NCBI GenBank assembly: GCA_963833985.1
Contig: CAWIAD010000002.1
Location: 6,144,001 to 6,208,000, forward strand
DNA from: an uncultured Planctomycetaceae bacterium
GTDB lineage: Bacteria; Planctomycetota; Planctomycetia; Isosphaerales; Isosphaeraceae
Length of the DNA stretch: 64,000 bases
Reading direction: 5' to 3'
The notes under the pieces were generated by a model. It worked only from the letters and a program-made list of their open reading frames with translations. It was not told the DNA's origin and ran no database searches. A program made the translations under genes and the position numbers. Below, piece by piece: positions 37,923-47,327 of this stretch; the first letter of the stretch is position 1, and every line of letters begins with the position of its first letter.

Positions 37923-38462
37923 TTAACATTCCACCCCGCGACGCGCGAGGTTCTCCGCGAGCTCGGCCCGCGCTCGATGGAGCCAGGTCTTGACGGTGCC
38001 AACCGGGCGGCCGAGACTGCGGGCGATTTCCTCATAGGACAGGTTCTGTTCGTGATAGAGAACGAAGACGAGGCGATAGTCGGGGCGCAGCCGGTTCAGC
38101 GCCCGATCGAGCTCGCCGGCCAGGTGGTGCGGATCATTCACGCCGGGACGGGGGTCGACATGCTCGAGGGCCGCGGACACCGGCGCCAGCCTGGGCCTGC
38201 GCGTGCGCATTGACAGTGCCGTGCGGCAGCGGTTGGCGGCGATCTCCAGCAGCCAGGGACGGATGGGGCGGCCCGAGTCGAACCCGAAGATCGCCCGCAG
38301 AGCGCGCAGGAAGGTTTCCTGCGTCATGTCCTCGGCGTCTTGCCGGTGGTTGAGCATGCGGTAGCAGAGGCCAAAGACGATACCGTGAAAGCGCTCGACC
38401 AGGAGCCGCGCCGCCTGGGGATCTCCGGCCCGGATCGCGCGAATCAGCGTGGGCTCGTCCAT
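37923..38462 (-). CDS. ECF sigma-70 factor (SigW-like)
   Basis: DAEDMTQETFLRA, RPWLLEIAANRC, LSYEEIA, PVGTVKTWLHRAR. Confidence 0.94.
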   Translation of the reverse strand: MDEPTLIRAIRAGDPQAARLLVERFHGIVFGLCYRMLNHRQDAEDMTQETFLRALRAIFGFDSGRPIRPWLLEIAANRCRTALSMRTRRPRLAPVSAALEHVDPRPGVNDPHHLAGELDRALNRLRPDYRLVFVLYHEQNLSYEEIARSLGRPVGTVKTWLHRARAELAENLARRGVEC

Positions 38463-38528
38463 GGTCGTGGTCAAGGTCAGCGTGCCCGCCCGCCCCGGTG
38501 GCTGCCGACGACGTGTCGGTCAACTCTG

Positions 38529-38556
38529 TTACCGCTGGGCCGGTCCGCACGTTTCA
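38529..38556 (-). promoter_or_regulatory. Candidate ECF (autoregulatory) promoter
   Basis: TGAAAC-N16-CGGTAA about 65 nt upstream of the ECF start; resembles the SigW-type TGAAAC-N16-CGTA. Confidence 0.45.
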
Positions 38557-38770
38557 AGTTTCGCCCGCGGAGGTGGATTATTCCTGAATCGCGATCTGGG
38601 CGAACGCAAAGAACTCCAGGAGTTGAAGCCAGGGGGAGTCGAAGGAGCAACGAAAAGACCATCCCCGGGAGATCGTGGCGGCCACGATGGATCACCGGGG
38701 ATGGTCGCTCGCGGGTCGCGGAGACCGGGCGTTCCGGCGGAGCCGGAGCGGCCCGGTGTCGTGGACTCGG

Positions 38771-39178
38771 CTAGGGCGTCGTGGGAGCAGGCTCGATGTC
38801 CATCAATGCGGTCAGCTCCTCCGCGGACAGTTCCTCGAACGCGCGGCCTTGCTCCTGGAGCCCGGCCTCGAGCCGCAGGGCGATGTGGTGCAGCTCGGGC
38901 AAGTCGATCCGCCAGGCCAGCTCGGCCAGTTCGAGCGGATCGAGGTCGCCGAGCTGCTGACCCTTGCTCTCGAGTTCCAGCTCCATGAGCAGCACTGCCT
39001 CCTGGAGCTGGGCATGGGTCTCGGCCGAGCCGCCGAAGACCAGCGATTGGTCACCCCGGGTCAACCGATGCTGGTCATCATAGGAGTCCAGGCCGAGGCC
39101 GATCAAGGCGGCTCGGATGCGGCGCGGTCGTGCAGGCGATTGCTGCGTCGTGATCATCTCGGAGTAGGCCTTTCGCAT
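38771..39178 (-). CDS. Conserved-looking hypothetical cytoplasmic protein (start 39178 or 39157)
   Basis: LIGLGLDS.D.QHRLTRG...VFGGSAETH..LQE; C-terminal partial repeat (GQQLGDLDPLEL / GRAFEELSAEEL). Confidence 0.7.
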   Translation of the reverse strand: MRKAYSEMITTQQSPARPRRIRAALIGLGLDSYDDQHRLTRGDQSLVFGGSAETHAQLQEAVLLMELELESKGQQLGDLDPLELAELAWRIDLPELHHIALRLEAGLQEQGRAFEELSAEELTALMDIEPAPTTP

Positions 39179-39333
39179 GGGGATGCCGAAGGGACTGGCA
39201 TGGCGAGCCCGGCAACTCCCGATGGCGCCGGGCACCGTGCTCGTCACGCGATACTTATCGGTATCCCCCTTTGCCGCGCATAGCCCCGAGAGTGAGAATC
39301 GCTTGCACTTGTGACACGCGACCGGCACCGGTC

Positions 39334-39543
39334 TTACGATCCGCCCAAGCAATCCTTGGCGATGTTCCGCGCCTGGCGGTAGGCCATCTTGATGGTCATG
39401 CCGCGGCCCTCGATCTGGTCCTCGCCGAAGAGCCGGCCCTCGCTCGTCGGCAAGCCCGCCAGAGCGATGGTCAGCGGCAGCAAGTCCAGGAACTGCCGGT
39501 ACTTCTGCTGCAAGTCAGGTGCTGGAGATGCGGGATCGGCCAC
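39334..39543 (-). CDS. Small hypothetical protein, 69 aa
   Basis: GTG start 6 nt after AGGAGG; strong GC3 bias; KYRQFLDLLPLTIALAGLP.SEGRLF.EDQIE. Confidence 0.8.
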   Translation of the reverse strand: MADPASPAPDLQQKYRQFLDLLPLTIALAGLPTSEGRLFGEDQIEGRGMTIKMAYRQARNIAKDCLGGS

Positions 39544-39844
39544 GGGTTGCCTCCTGGTCAAAGCGGCATGGAGAGGGCCGCCGCCGGCGCACTTGCGGCA
39601 GCGGTTCGGAGTCTGGTGGAATCAGAACAGGGCACAGTATGGAACGGCCCCGGCAGGATGCCGGCCACCGCTCCGCCGACCTTCTATTGACACTAGCGCG
39701 CCGGACTCCTCGGTCGCAAGAACCTTGCCGGCGCGCGGAGGTCGGGTTCCGCGAATGCTGGCTCTGGTCGGATCCTCGCTTCACTCCATCTGGGGGATCC
39801 GTGCAGCACCCTGGCGCAAAGCTTTCCTGGTCGTCGTAATTCCT

Positions 39845-39872
39845 TTGACGAAAGCGCGTAAACTGATAAGAT
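39845..39872 (+). promoter_or_regulatory. Candidate sigma70 promoter of the DEAD-box helicase
   Basis: TTGACG-N16-TAAGAT with extended -10 TGn, about 100 nt upstream of the start. Confidence 0.5.
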
Positions 39873-39971
39873 AGCATCGGTAAGAAACTCTGTTGACAGA
39901 ACGCGAGGTCGTTCCGGCATGTTTGCCACGGCCAGTTTTTTCCCGCGAGATCGACATTTCTGGAGGATTGT

Positions 39972-41201
39972 TTGAATCGACGAGCCAAGGAGGAACCCGA
40001 TTCGGGATTCCATTCGATGGGTTTGAGCCCGACGATGCTCAGGTCGCTTGCTCATGCCCGCTACACCACTCCCACCCCGATCCAGGCGGCTTTCATACCG
40101 CGGGCACTCGACGGCCTGGACGTCATCGGTCAGGCGAAGACGGGCACCGGCAAGACGGCTGCGTTCGGCATCCCCTTGATCGAGATGCTTGAAGGCCGTT
40201 CACGTGGACCGCAGGCCATCATCCTGGCCCCCACCCGCGAGCTGACGCAGCAGATCGTCGGCGAACTTCAGAAGCTGGCCCAGGACAGCGACGTCGCCAT
40301 CTGCGGCGTGTACGGCGGTGAGCCGATCGAGCGGCAGCTCCGGGCCTTGAGCCGCGGAGTCGACATCGTCGTCGGTACCCCCGGCCGCGTGCTCGACCAC
40401 ATCGAACGCCGCACACTCTACCTGGGAGACATTTTTCACGTCGTCCTCGATGAGGCCGACCGCATGCTCGATATCGGGTTCCGTCCCGACATCGAACGCA
40501 TCTTTCGCAAGCTGCCCTCGCCTCGCCAGACGCTGCTGCTCTCGGCGACGATCAGCGCCGATGTGCGAAAGCTGGCCCACCGCTACATGTTTGAGCCGGT
40601 GGAAGTGAACCTGTCGCAGGACCAGCCCTCGGTCGAGACCATCCAGCAGTATTACATATCGGTGAATCATGATCGCAAGGTCGAGTTGCTGGTGCACCTG
40701 CTGAAACACGACAAGCCGCGCCAGTGCATCGTCTTCACCCGCACCAAGCGCGGTGCCGACCGCCTGGCCGAGCGGCTCCGCCGCGTGGTCCCCGGCGTGG
40801 CCTCGATCCACGGCGACCTGCCCCAGAGCTCCCGCGACCGCGTGATGCGCGGCTTCCGGCTCGGCACCGTCCCGGTGCTGGTGGCCACCGACGTCGTCGG
40901 CCGGGGAATTGATGTCGAAAACATCAGCCACGTCATCAATTACGACATCCCCGACGATCCTGAAAACTACGTGCACCGGATCGGCCGGACGGGCCGGATG
41001 GGAAAAGACGGCATCGCCTACCTGTTCGTCGGCCCGGATCAGGGCGAGCCCCTGACCATCATCGAAAACCTGATCAACAAGGTCATTCCTGCCCTGCGGG
41101 TCGACGGCTTCGAGGTTGCCAAGGCGCGAAGCGGTTCGCCTGGCACGCGCGAGCTTTACAACACCGCGGTCACACGCTCGCACGAGCTGGCTGTTCGCTA
41201 G
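39972..41201 (+). CDS. DEAD-box ATP-dependent RNA helicase
   Basis: Q motif PTPIQ, AKTGTGKT, PTREL, TPGR, DEAD, SAT, HGDLPQ, VGRGID, HRIGRTGR; TTG start after GGAGGA. Confidence 0.96.
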   Translation: MNRRAKEEPDSGFHSMGLSPTMLRSLAHARYTTPTPIQAAFIPRALDGLDVIGQAKTGTGKTAAFGIPLIEMLEGRSRGPQAIILAPTRELTQQIVGELQKLAQDSDVAICGVYGGEPIERQLRALSRGVDIVVGTPGRVLDHIERRTLYLGDIFHVVLDEADRMLDIGFRPDIERIFRKLPSPRQTLLLSATISADVRKLAHRYMFEPVEVNLSQDQPSVETIQQYYISVNHDRKVELLVHLLKHDKPRQCIVFTRTKRGADRLAERLRRVVPGVASIHGDLPQSSRDRVMRGFRLGTVPVLVATDVVGRGIDVENISHVINYDIPDDPENYVHRIGRTGRMGKDGIAYLFVGPDQGEPLTIIENLINKVIPALRVDGFEVAKARSGSPGTRELYNTAVTRSHELAVR

Positions 41202-42585
41202 CCTCGCTACTCGTCGCCGGGCCGATGATCGCCTCGCGTCCCAGCGCCTGGAACAGTTCCCGGGCGCTGGCCGCCAGCGCGTGGCTCCGCTCGTCAGACT
41301 GCCGGTCCGAGAACAGCTTGTGGTCGCACCGGGACACGATCTCGGCCGCCGAGTCGGCCAGCGCGGCCGACCTTGTGAGCTCGTGCACGAGGTCACGCGC
41401 CTCTGCGGGTGTCAAGGCGCCGGGCGGACGGCCGATGCTCAGGCCGGCATACGTGATCAGCCCGTCGCTGATCGTGCGCGCAAGCTCTTGACCGCTTTCC
41501 AGCCCGTCCGGCCCAGGCCAGCGCTGGAGCGCTTGCGTCAGCTTCCGCGCCAGCCGTTGCGCCGCTCGCAGGCTGCCTTTCCGTGCCAGCTTTCGCCTCC
41601 GCCTGATGACCAGCAGCAGAGCGGCCATGGAGAACAGCCAGAGAACCAGTGCGCTCGCGGGCAATGCCCACCAGAAGTCGCCCCGGCGGTCGGGTGCGGT
41701 GTAGCGGATCGTGCCGGGGTCGAACGCCGCGGTCGCGGACGCCTTGATCGGCAGACCCTGGGTCACCTTGGTGAGGTAGCGTGCGGATTTCGGGTCGAAC
41801 GCCGCGATGACCACCGGGGGAAGCGCGGCGGAACCGGCCTTCGCGGGCCGGATCCGGTAAGGGAACACCACCGACGGTGGGTCGCTCACGCGCTCCACGG
41901 GCAGTGCCTGCACGCGCAGGGCCAGTGGAACACGGTCGAATCGGCCCAGGTCCGGCGGCCGCATCGTTCCCCAGGCGGCTGGTCCGGCGATCTCGATCCG
42001 GTAAGTCAGCTCCTGCCCCACCCGGACGGAGGCAGGTGAGGCGCTCGCCTTCACCGTGAAGTCGCCCACGCCACCCAGGAACGCGGTCGGCCGACCCTCG
42101 ACGGGAACCGGCTCGATCGCCAGCCGCAGGGGTTTGCCGCGGCCGGCGCGAGCGCCCAGGCGCGCCATGACCGGTGGGATCTCGAGCACACCGGCCCTGC
42201 GCGCGACGACTCGCAGCCGGGTGATGAACGTGTTCTCGCTCGTGTTCTGGCCGCCAATGGAGGAAGCGCTCACTGGCTGGAACGATGTGCCAGCCATCGA
42301 GATCTCGGCATGGTCCAGATGGGGCAGCTCGATGGCGGGCCTCTCGTTCTCACCGCGGATCAGGACGGCCAGATCGATGGCCTGCCCTTGGTAATGCGGA
42401 CCCGGGTCAGCCTGAACCCGGACCCGCAGCTCATCGGCCGGCTGACTTTGTGCGCGGCTGCTGGCGATGGAGAGGATCAGGAGCAGCCGCAAGGTGGGCC
42501 GAGAGCTCGCGAGGTGCCGCCATCGGCGGGTAGGAGCCGCGGGCGGACGGCGTCCCGCTGCCAAATTGCCGGTCGTTCGCGGCAT
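41170..42585 (-). CDS. BatD-like protein (Ig-like domains plus C-terminal TM)
   Basis: Start ATG 42585 just after the preceding stop; YQGQAI, F.GGVGDF.V.AS....VRVGQELTY, FDP; the upstream extension in the ORF track is a shadow. Confidence 0.75.
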   Translation of the reverse strand: MPRTTGNLAAGRRPPAAPTRRWRHLASSRPTLRLLLILSIASSRAQSQPADELRVRVQADPGPHYQGQAIDLAVLIRGENERPAIELPHLDHAEISMAGTSFQPVSASSIGGQNTSENTFITRLRVVARRAGVLEIPPVMARLGARAGRGKPLRLAIEPVPVEGRPTAFLGGVGDFTVKASASPASVRVGQELTYRIEIAGPAAWGTMRPPDLGRFDRVPLALRVQALPVERVSDPPSVVFPYRIRPAKAGSAALPPVVIAAFDPKSARYLTKVTQGLPIKASATAAFDPGTIRYTAPDRRGDFWWALPASALVLWLFSMAALLLVIRRRRKLARKGSLRAAQRLARKLTQALQRWPGPDGLESGQELARTISDGLITYAGLSIGRPPGALTPAEARDLVHELTRSAALADSAAEIVSRCDHKLFSDRQSDERSHALAASARELFQALGREAIIGPATSSEASEQPARASV

Positions 42586-42589
42586 CGTC

Positions 42590-44465
42590 CTACCAGTCCT
42601 TCCGGCCGTCGGCCGCGGCTTCCTGGGGCGGCTCCTCGGGCAGTCGCCGCTCCTGGGCATCGCGGATCTGATCCAGGGCCTGGTCAAGGCGATCATCCGG
42701 CGTTTCGCCCGCAGACCCGGGCGGCGCCTTGCTGGCCCCACCCGCGCCCCCGACGCGGCGACGGCCCGGGGGCGGGCGGTCACCGGTCTGACTGCTCGTG
42801 TTCCCGCCCCCGGACTGATTCTCCTGTTCCGGAGGAGTGCCGTCGTCCGGGGTATTCCCGCCGTCGGGCCGCTTGCGTGTGCCTGAGGGACGACGCTGCT
42901 GCTTGGACGCTGCCGGATCGCGTTCGCTCTCACCCTGCGGCGTGATGGAAGGAGGCACCTGTTCCAGTGCGTACTGACGGTTGATCGCGGCATCGTGGCG
43001 GACCGCGTCCAGGTCGGCACCGGTTGCGGTCGAGGCGAGGCAACGGTCGTAACGGGTGACTGCGCCGGAGACGTCGCCAAGCAACAGCACCGTGTTGCCC
43101 AGCGCATAGTCGATCTTGGCCCGGAGCTCTGAACCTGCATGCTGCTGCGCTTCCTCGTAGCGCTGGCGAGCCTGTTCGTCAGCGCCCCATCTGAAACAGC
43201 ACCGCGGCTGCGTTGTACCGCGGGATTGGCTGGTCGGGCGCCCGCTCGACGGCGGCCTCGAAGAGCCTCAGCGCCTCGGCCGGGCTTCCTCCGGCGTACG
43301 CCGCGTCGCCCTGACGCACGAGCTCGGCGGCGCTGGCCCGGCGCGGAATGGCGGCCGTTTCCCGCGTGTCGACCTTTTGAAGCGTCGGATGCTCAGGTTC
43401 CGGTTCCGGTTCTTGCCCCGCTCCGATACTCGTGAACGCGAGCGTCCCGAGCAGGACGGCCCCCGCGATCCGGTTCCACGCCCAGCGCCAGGGGCCGATG
43501 CGTCCGGCCGGCCAGCATCCCGACAGAGCCAGCCCGAGCGCCACGGCCAGGAAGAACGGGAACCGCTCCGGACGCTCGGCAATGTGTCTGGCCGCACGTT
43601 TCTGCCTTGCCACCGGTGCGATGCGGGTCTGGTAGAGCGTTTTCAGGTCGGCCGTGGCAAGGCCCAGCTTCAGGACCGCGCCGTCGTTTTCCTCCGCGAT
43701 CGCCTCCAGCGCCGTGTCGACCCTGCGCGAGAGCACCTGCGCACCCTCGTAGACAAGCGGCTCATTGCCCTGGCCCGAGGGGACCGGGTGGCCATTTTCG
43801 GGATCGCCGATCGCCACGGCGTGCACGATCGTTCCAGAGCGCGCCAGCCGATCGAGCCGGGTCCGCCAGCGCTCGGCCAGGTCTTCACCGTCCGAGAAGA
43901 CGACGATGGAGCGTCCCGCGGCATGCTCTTCATCGCCAAACGTCTCCAGCGCGGCGACCAGCCCCGCGCCCAGATCGGTGCCCCCGGGCTGGACAGTGCC
44001 AGGTTTCAGGCCGCGCAAGACTTCCACGACGCTGCCCAGGTTCTCGGTGAGCGGGCAGCGCCGCACGCCGCGGCCGGCGAAAGCGACCACCCCCGCGCGG
44101 TTGGCGGCGTCCGTCGCCAGCGCCGCCACCAGGCTCTCGGCGGCCTCGATGGCCACGGCCATCCGGCTGGGAACTGCATCTTCGGCGGCCATGCTCCGAC
44201 TCACGTCCATCAGGAGCACCACGTCGTGCCCGGGTGCCAGCGGCGGTTCGATGATCGAGCCGAATTTCGGCCGTGCCAGGGCCAGGACCAACAGGCTCGC
44301 GGCAACCAGGAGGCTCAAAGAGCGCAGGTGCGGCGGCCTGCCGCGCTGGGCCAGGAGTTTCCAGTCGCGTGAGCGCAGGCGTCGGCCGCGTAGCGACCAG
44401 AGCACCACGCCGAAGACAAGCAGCCAGAGCCAGAGGAGCCGGGGATAGGCGAAGGTCACGGTCAT
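42590..44465 (-). pseudogene. vWA plus TPR fusion (BatB/BatC-like); one frameshift near 43180
   Basis: FAYP.LLWL, LALARP, MIDAS DVSRSM, GTDLG, FSDGED, YNAA, YALGN, C-terminal KDW; removing one base joins ..QMGR to YEQAR.. Confidence 0.8.
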
Positions 44466-44493
44466 GATCTCATCATCGCACGAAGACGCTGGG

Positions 44494-45360
44494 TCACGAT
44501 GCGGCCGGGTCCTTGATGGCCGCGGCAATCCGCTCGCCCAGCGTCGTCAGCTCCTCGGCATTCTGCGGCACCTGTCCAAACGGATCCCCCGGGCGGAGAT
44601 GCGGGCGATGCGGCAAGGCGTGAACGCGCTGGTCCACCAGATCGAAGACCCCGTAGATCGTGTGCACCGAGTGGCCCTGGATGGCCGCGATTCCTTTCTG
44701 CACGTCGAATGCCGTCAAGGCGGCATTGAGATAGACGGCGGCTTCCACGAGCGCGTCGCGGTAGCCGGGGCTCTGTGTGGCGGCCGTACCGTGAACCCGA
44801 TCCAGCGCCTTGGCCGCGCCGCGGACGGCGATCTGGATCCGATCGACGAGCGAGCGGAGCGAGTGCGTGAAGGCGATCTCCGGGTAATCCTGCGGCGAGA
44901 GGTACGAGTCCACCGCGGCCGAGACCGCACCGCAGTTGGTATGCCCCAGCACCACCAGCAGCCGGAGACTCTCCTTGAGGTTCTGCACCGCGTAGTCGAT
45001 GCTCCCGAGGCACTCCGTTCCCAGCACATTGCCCGCCACACGGATGACGAACAGCTCGTTGGGCGGCTGATCGAAGATGCGCTCGATCGGCACGCGGGCA
45101 TCCGAGCAGCCCAGCACCAGGGCAAAAGGCGCCTGCTGGACCGGCGTTCCCGCGTTCAGCGGGAATCCCAGCAAGAGCGGGTCGGACGGGATGACGATCG
45201 AGCTGGGCCGGGCACCGCCCATGCACTCTTTCCGGACATGCGCGACGATCGCACGGAAGCGCTCGTGTCCTTGCTGGAGCTCGGCGACGGCCCGCTGCGG
45301 GTCCATCGCCGTCCGGGGCAGCAGTGCCTCGAACGGGTCGTAACGGTAGATGATATCCAT
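44494..45360 (-). CDS. Beta-class carbonic anhydrase
   Basis: LGCSDARVP, LFVIRVAGN, VLGHTNCGAV zinc-ligand motifs. Confidence 0.92.
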   Translation of the reverse strand: MDIIYRYDPFEALLPRTAMDPQRAVAELQQGHERFRAIVAHVRKECMGGARPSSIVIPSDPLLLGFPLNAGTPVQQAPFALVLGCSDARVPIERIFDQPPNELFVIRVAGNVLGTECLGSIDYAVQNLKESLRLLVVLGHTNCGAVSAAVDSYLSPQDYPEIAFTHSLRSLVDRIQIAVRGAAKALDRVHGTAATQSPGYRDALVEAAVYLNAALTAFDVQKGIAAIQGHSVHTIYGVFDLVDQRVHALPHRPHLRPGDPFGQVPQNAEELTTLGERIAAAIKDPAAS

Positions 45361-45686
45361 GAATCGCCCTCGGGCCCGTCAGCTTGCCTGCTTTGCACGA
45401 TGAGACATGCCCTTGAGCATAGCGGAGGGCCGTTCACGACTCAATTCTTCGTGGCGGCGCAACCGTGTGGGCTTCGGGGTGCTCCTCGAACCGCCGTCCC
45501 CGACCGGAAGGCGCGGCCGGGGGGATGTCCGATTCTCGCAACACGATGCCGCCATGCCACCGCGACGCCCCTGCGAAAAGTAAGCGGAAACCGTCGTCCT
45601 CATTGAATTTCAAGCCTTGGAGGTTGATACTGGAAATCAGCTCAGCTCCCATCTCGACCTCATTCCTCTCCCGGCGAGGGGGCCTG

Positions 45687-46871
45687 ATGATGATTCCCTC
45701 CAGGCGTCGTTCCGCGTTCACCCTGATCGAGCTGCTGGTCGTGATCTCGATCATCGGAGTCCTGATCGCACTTCTGCTGCCTGCCGTGCAGTCCGCGCGC
45801 GAATCAGCACGGCGCGCCCAGTGTCTGAACAACCTGAAGCAGCTCGCCCTGGCTGCGCAAAGCTATCTCGCGCAGTCCAACGTGCTGCCGGTGCAGACCA
45901 TCGAAACCGGCTGGTTCTCCACGGGGAACCACCCGCTGAACTGGGGCGCCTCGTGGGCGGCGCAAATGCTGCCTCAACTCGAGCAGCAGCCGCTCTACAG
46001 CTCGATCAACTTCAATCTCCCCATCCTGGAGCTGACTTCGCCTTACTATTGTGCCAACACCACGGCCGGGCTCGCGGCCATCAGCACGCTGCTCTGCCCG
46101 TCGGAGAGCCTCAGCCCGAACCCATCGTTCAACCTCGCCACGTTCGAGGCGAACCCGCTGTCGGTCCAGTTCGCGGTCTCGAACTACGTGGGAAATTACG
46201 GAGGGCCGGCCATGATCAAGGCCTGGAGCGGCACCATCATTCCTGTCAAGGGACCCCCCAATCGATTGACCATCGCTTACTTCTCGATGGCTGCGTCGAG
46301 CGAGGTGCCGCCGGCGACTTGCGGACCCGTACGTGTGCAGTCCATCACGGACGGCACCTCGAACACCGCGCTGTTCAGCGAGCGCCTGCTCGGGGCGGGA
46401 AGCAAGGCGGCGGTCCCCGGCCCGAACGCCGCTGTCGGCGGAATCGATGCCAGGCGCGCGCTCTTCCAGACGACCTTCAACGTGGTCCTCGATCAGAAAG
46501 ACGCACAGGGCGCCCTGGCGTACGTCTCCGCCTGCAAGAGTCTGCCAGGGGGCACGCCCGCAGCCAGCTATCCCGGCATGCAGTGGATGCCAAGCATCGA
46601 CTACGCACCGCTGGAGAACGCCTACTCGCACGTGATGGCGCCCAATGGATTCTCGTGCACGGGATCACCGGACGGCGCACAGGTGATCGGCAGTAGTTTG
46701 TATGGCGGAATCGGCGCCGCGATCACGGCCACGAGCAACCACCCTGGCGGTGTCAACATCGCCTTTTGCGACGGCTCGGTGAAATTCATCAAGGATTCGA
46801 TAAACCTATCCGCCTGGTGGGCGCTGGGAACCCGCGATGGCCACGAGATCATCAGCGCCGACGCCTACTGA
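45687..46871 (+). CDS. DUF1559 (SBP_bac_10) prepilin-type N-terminal cleavage protein
   Basis: AFTLIELLVVISIIGVLIALLLPAVQSARESARRAQCLNNLKQ; ITDGTSNT; HPGGVNIAFCDGSV (H-X9-DG). Confidence 0.95.
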   Translation: MMIPSRRRSAFTLIELLVVISIIGVLIALLLPAVQSARESARRAQCLNNLKQLALAAQSYLAQSNVLPVQTIETGWFSTGNHPLNWGASWAAQMLPQLEQQPLYSSINFNLPILELTSPYYCANTTAGLAAISTLLCPSESLSPNPSFNLATFEANPLSVQFAVSNYVGNYGGPAMIKAWSGTIIPVKGPPNRLTIAYFSMAASSEVPPATCGPVRVQSITDGTSNTALFSERLLGAGSKAAVPGPNAAVGGIDARRALFQTTFNVVLDQKDAQGALAYVSACKSLPGGTPAASYPGMQWMPSIDYAPLENAYSHVMAPNGFSCTGSPDGAQVIGSSLYGGIGAAITATSNHPGGVNIAFCDGSVKFIKDSINLSAWWALGTRDGHEIISADAY

Positions 46872-46874
46872 GTT

Positions 46875-47168
46875 TCACGGCAGAGACCGCCAGCGGACCA
46901 GAAAGGCCCAGAGGCACGCAAGACTTGTGCAGAGCAGGCAGCCCGTGATGCCCAGCAGGTCCAGGTGCTGGGTTCCCGGCGCTCCCCCCGAATCACGATG
47001 ACGCTGCCAGCTCCGGTGCCTGAGCCACTGCATGGCGAGGTGCCAGAACGCGCCCCCGATCAGCAGCACGGCCGGACCGAGCCCGTTCATCGTCGGACCG
47101 TGTGCCGCAAGCGAGCAAGAAGCCAGAACGAGAGCCACGCCAAGAAGCAGGAAATCCGTAGGGTTCAT
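46875..47168 (-). CDS. Possible small membrane protein (97 aa, about 3 TM)
   Basis: ATG preceded by GAGG; three hydrophobic segments; stop 3 nt from the convergent DUF1559 stop. Confidence 0.4.
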   Translation of the reverse strand: MNPTDFLLLGVALVLASCSLAAHGPTMNGLGPAVLLIGGAFWHLAMQWLRHRSWQRHRDSGGAPGTQHLDLLGITGCLLCTSLACLWAFLVRWRSLP

Positions 47169-47327
47169 CGCCTCGACCCTCGACCTCGCCTCTACCCGCC
47201 ATGGCGATGGAAACGCCATGGCTCCTCCCCCCCCATTCGATTTCTCACGGTTTTGCACGCGCCTGGCCCGATGCGGCCATTTATAGTAGGGACCTTTCAT
47301 CGTCAGCGAACCGCGAGAGCATGGCTC

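Noticed and set aside
42586..43140. N-terminal 185-aa extension of the BatD-like ORF
   Set aside because: Arg/Pro-rich off-frame reading of the overlapping TPR region; a better start is at 42585
47227..47234. C8 tract upstream of the ECF-WD40 gene as a phase-variation switch
   Set aside because: Short for a high-GC genome and cannot be placed within a defined promoter
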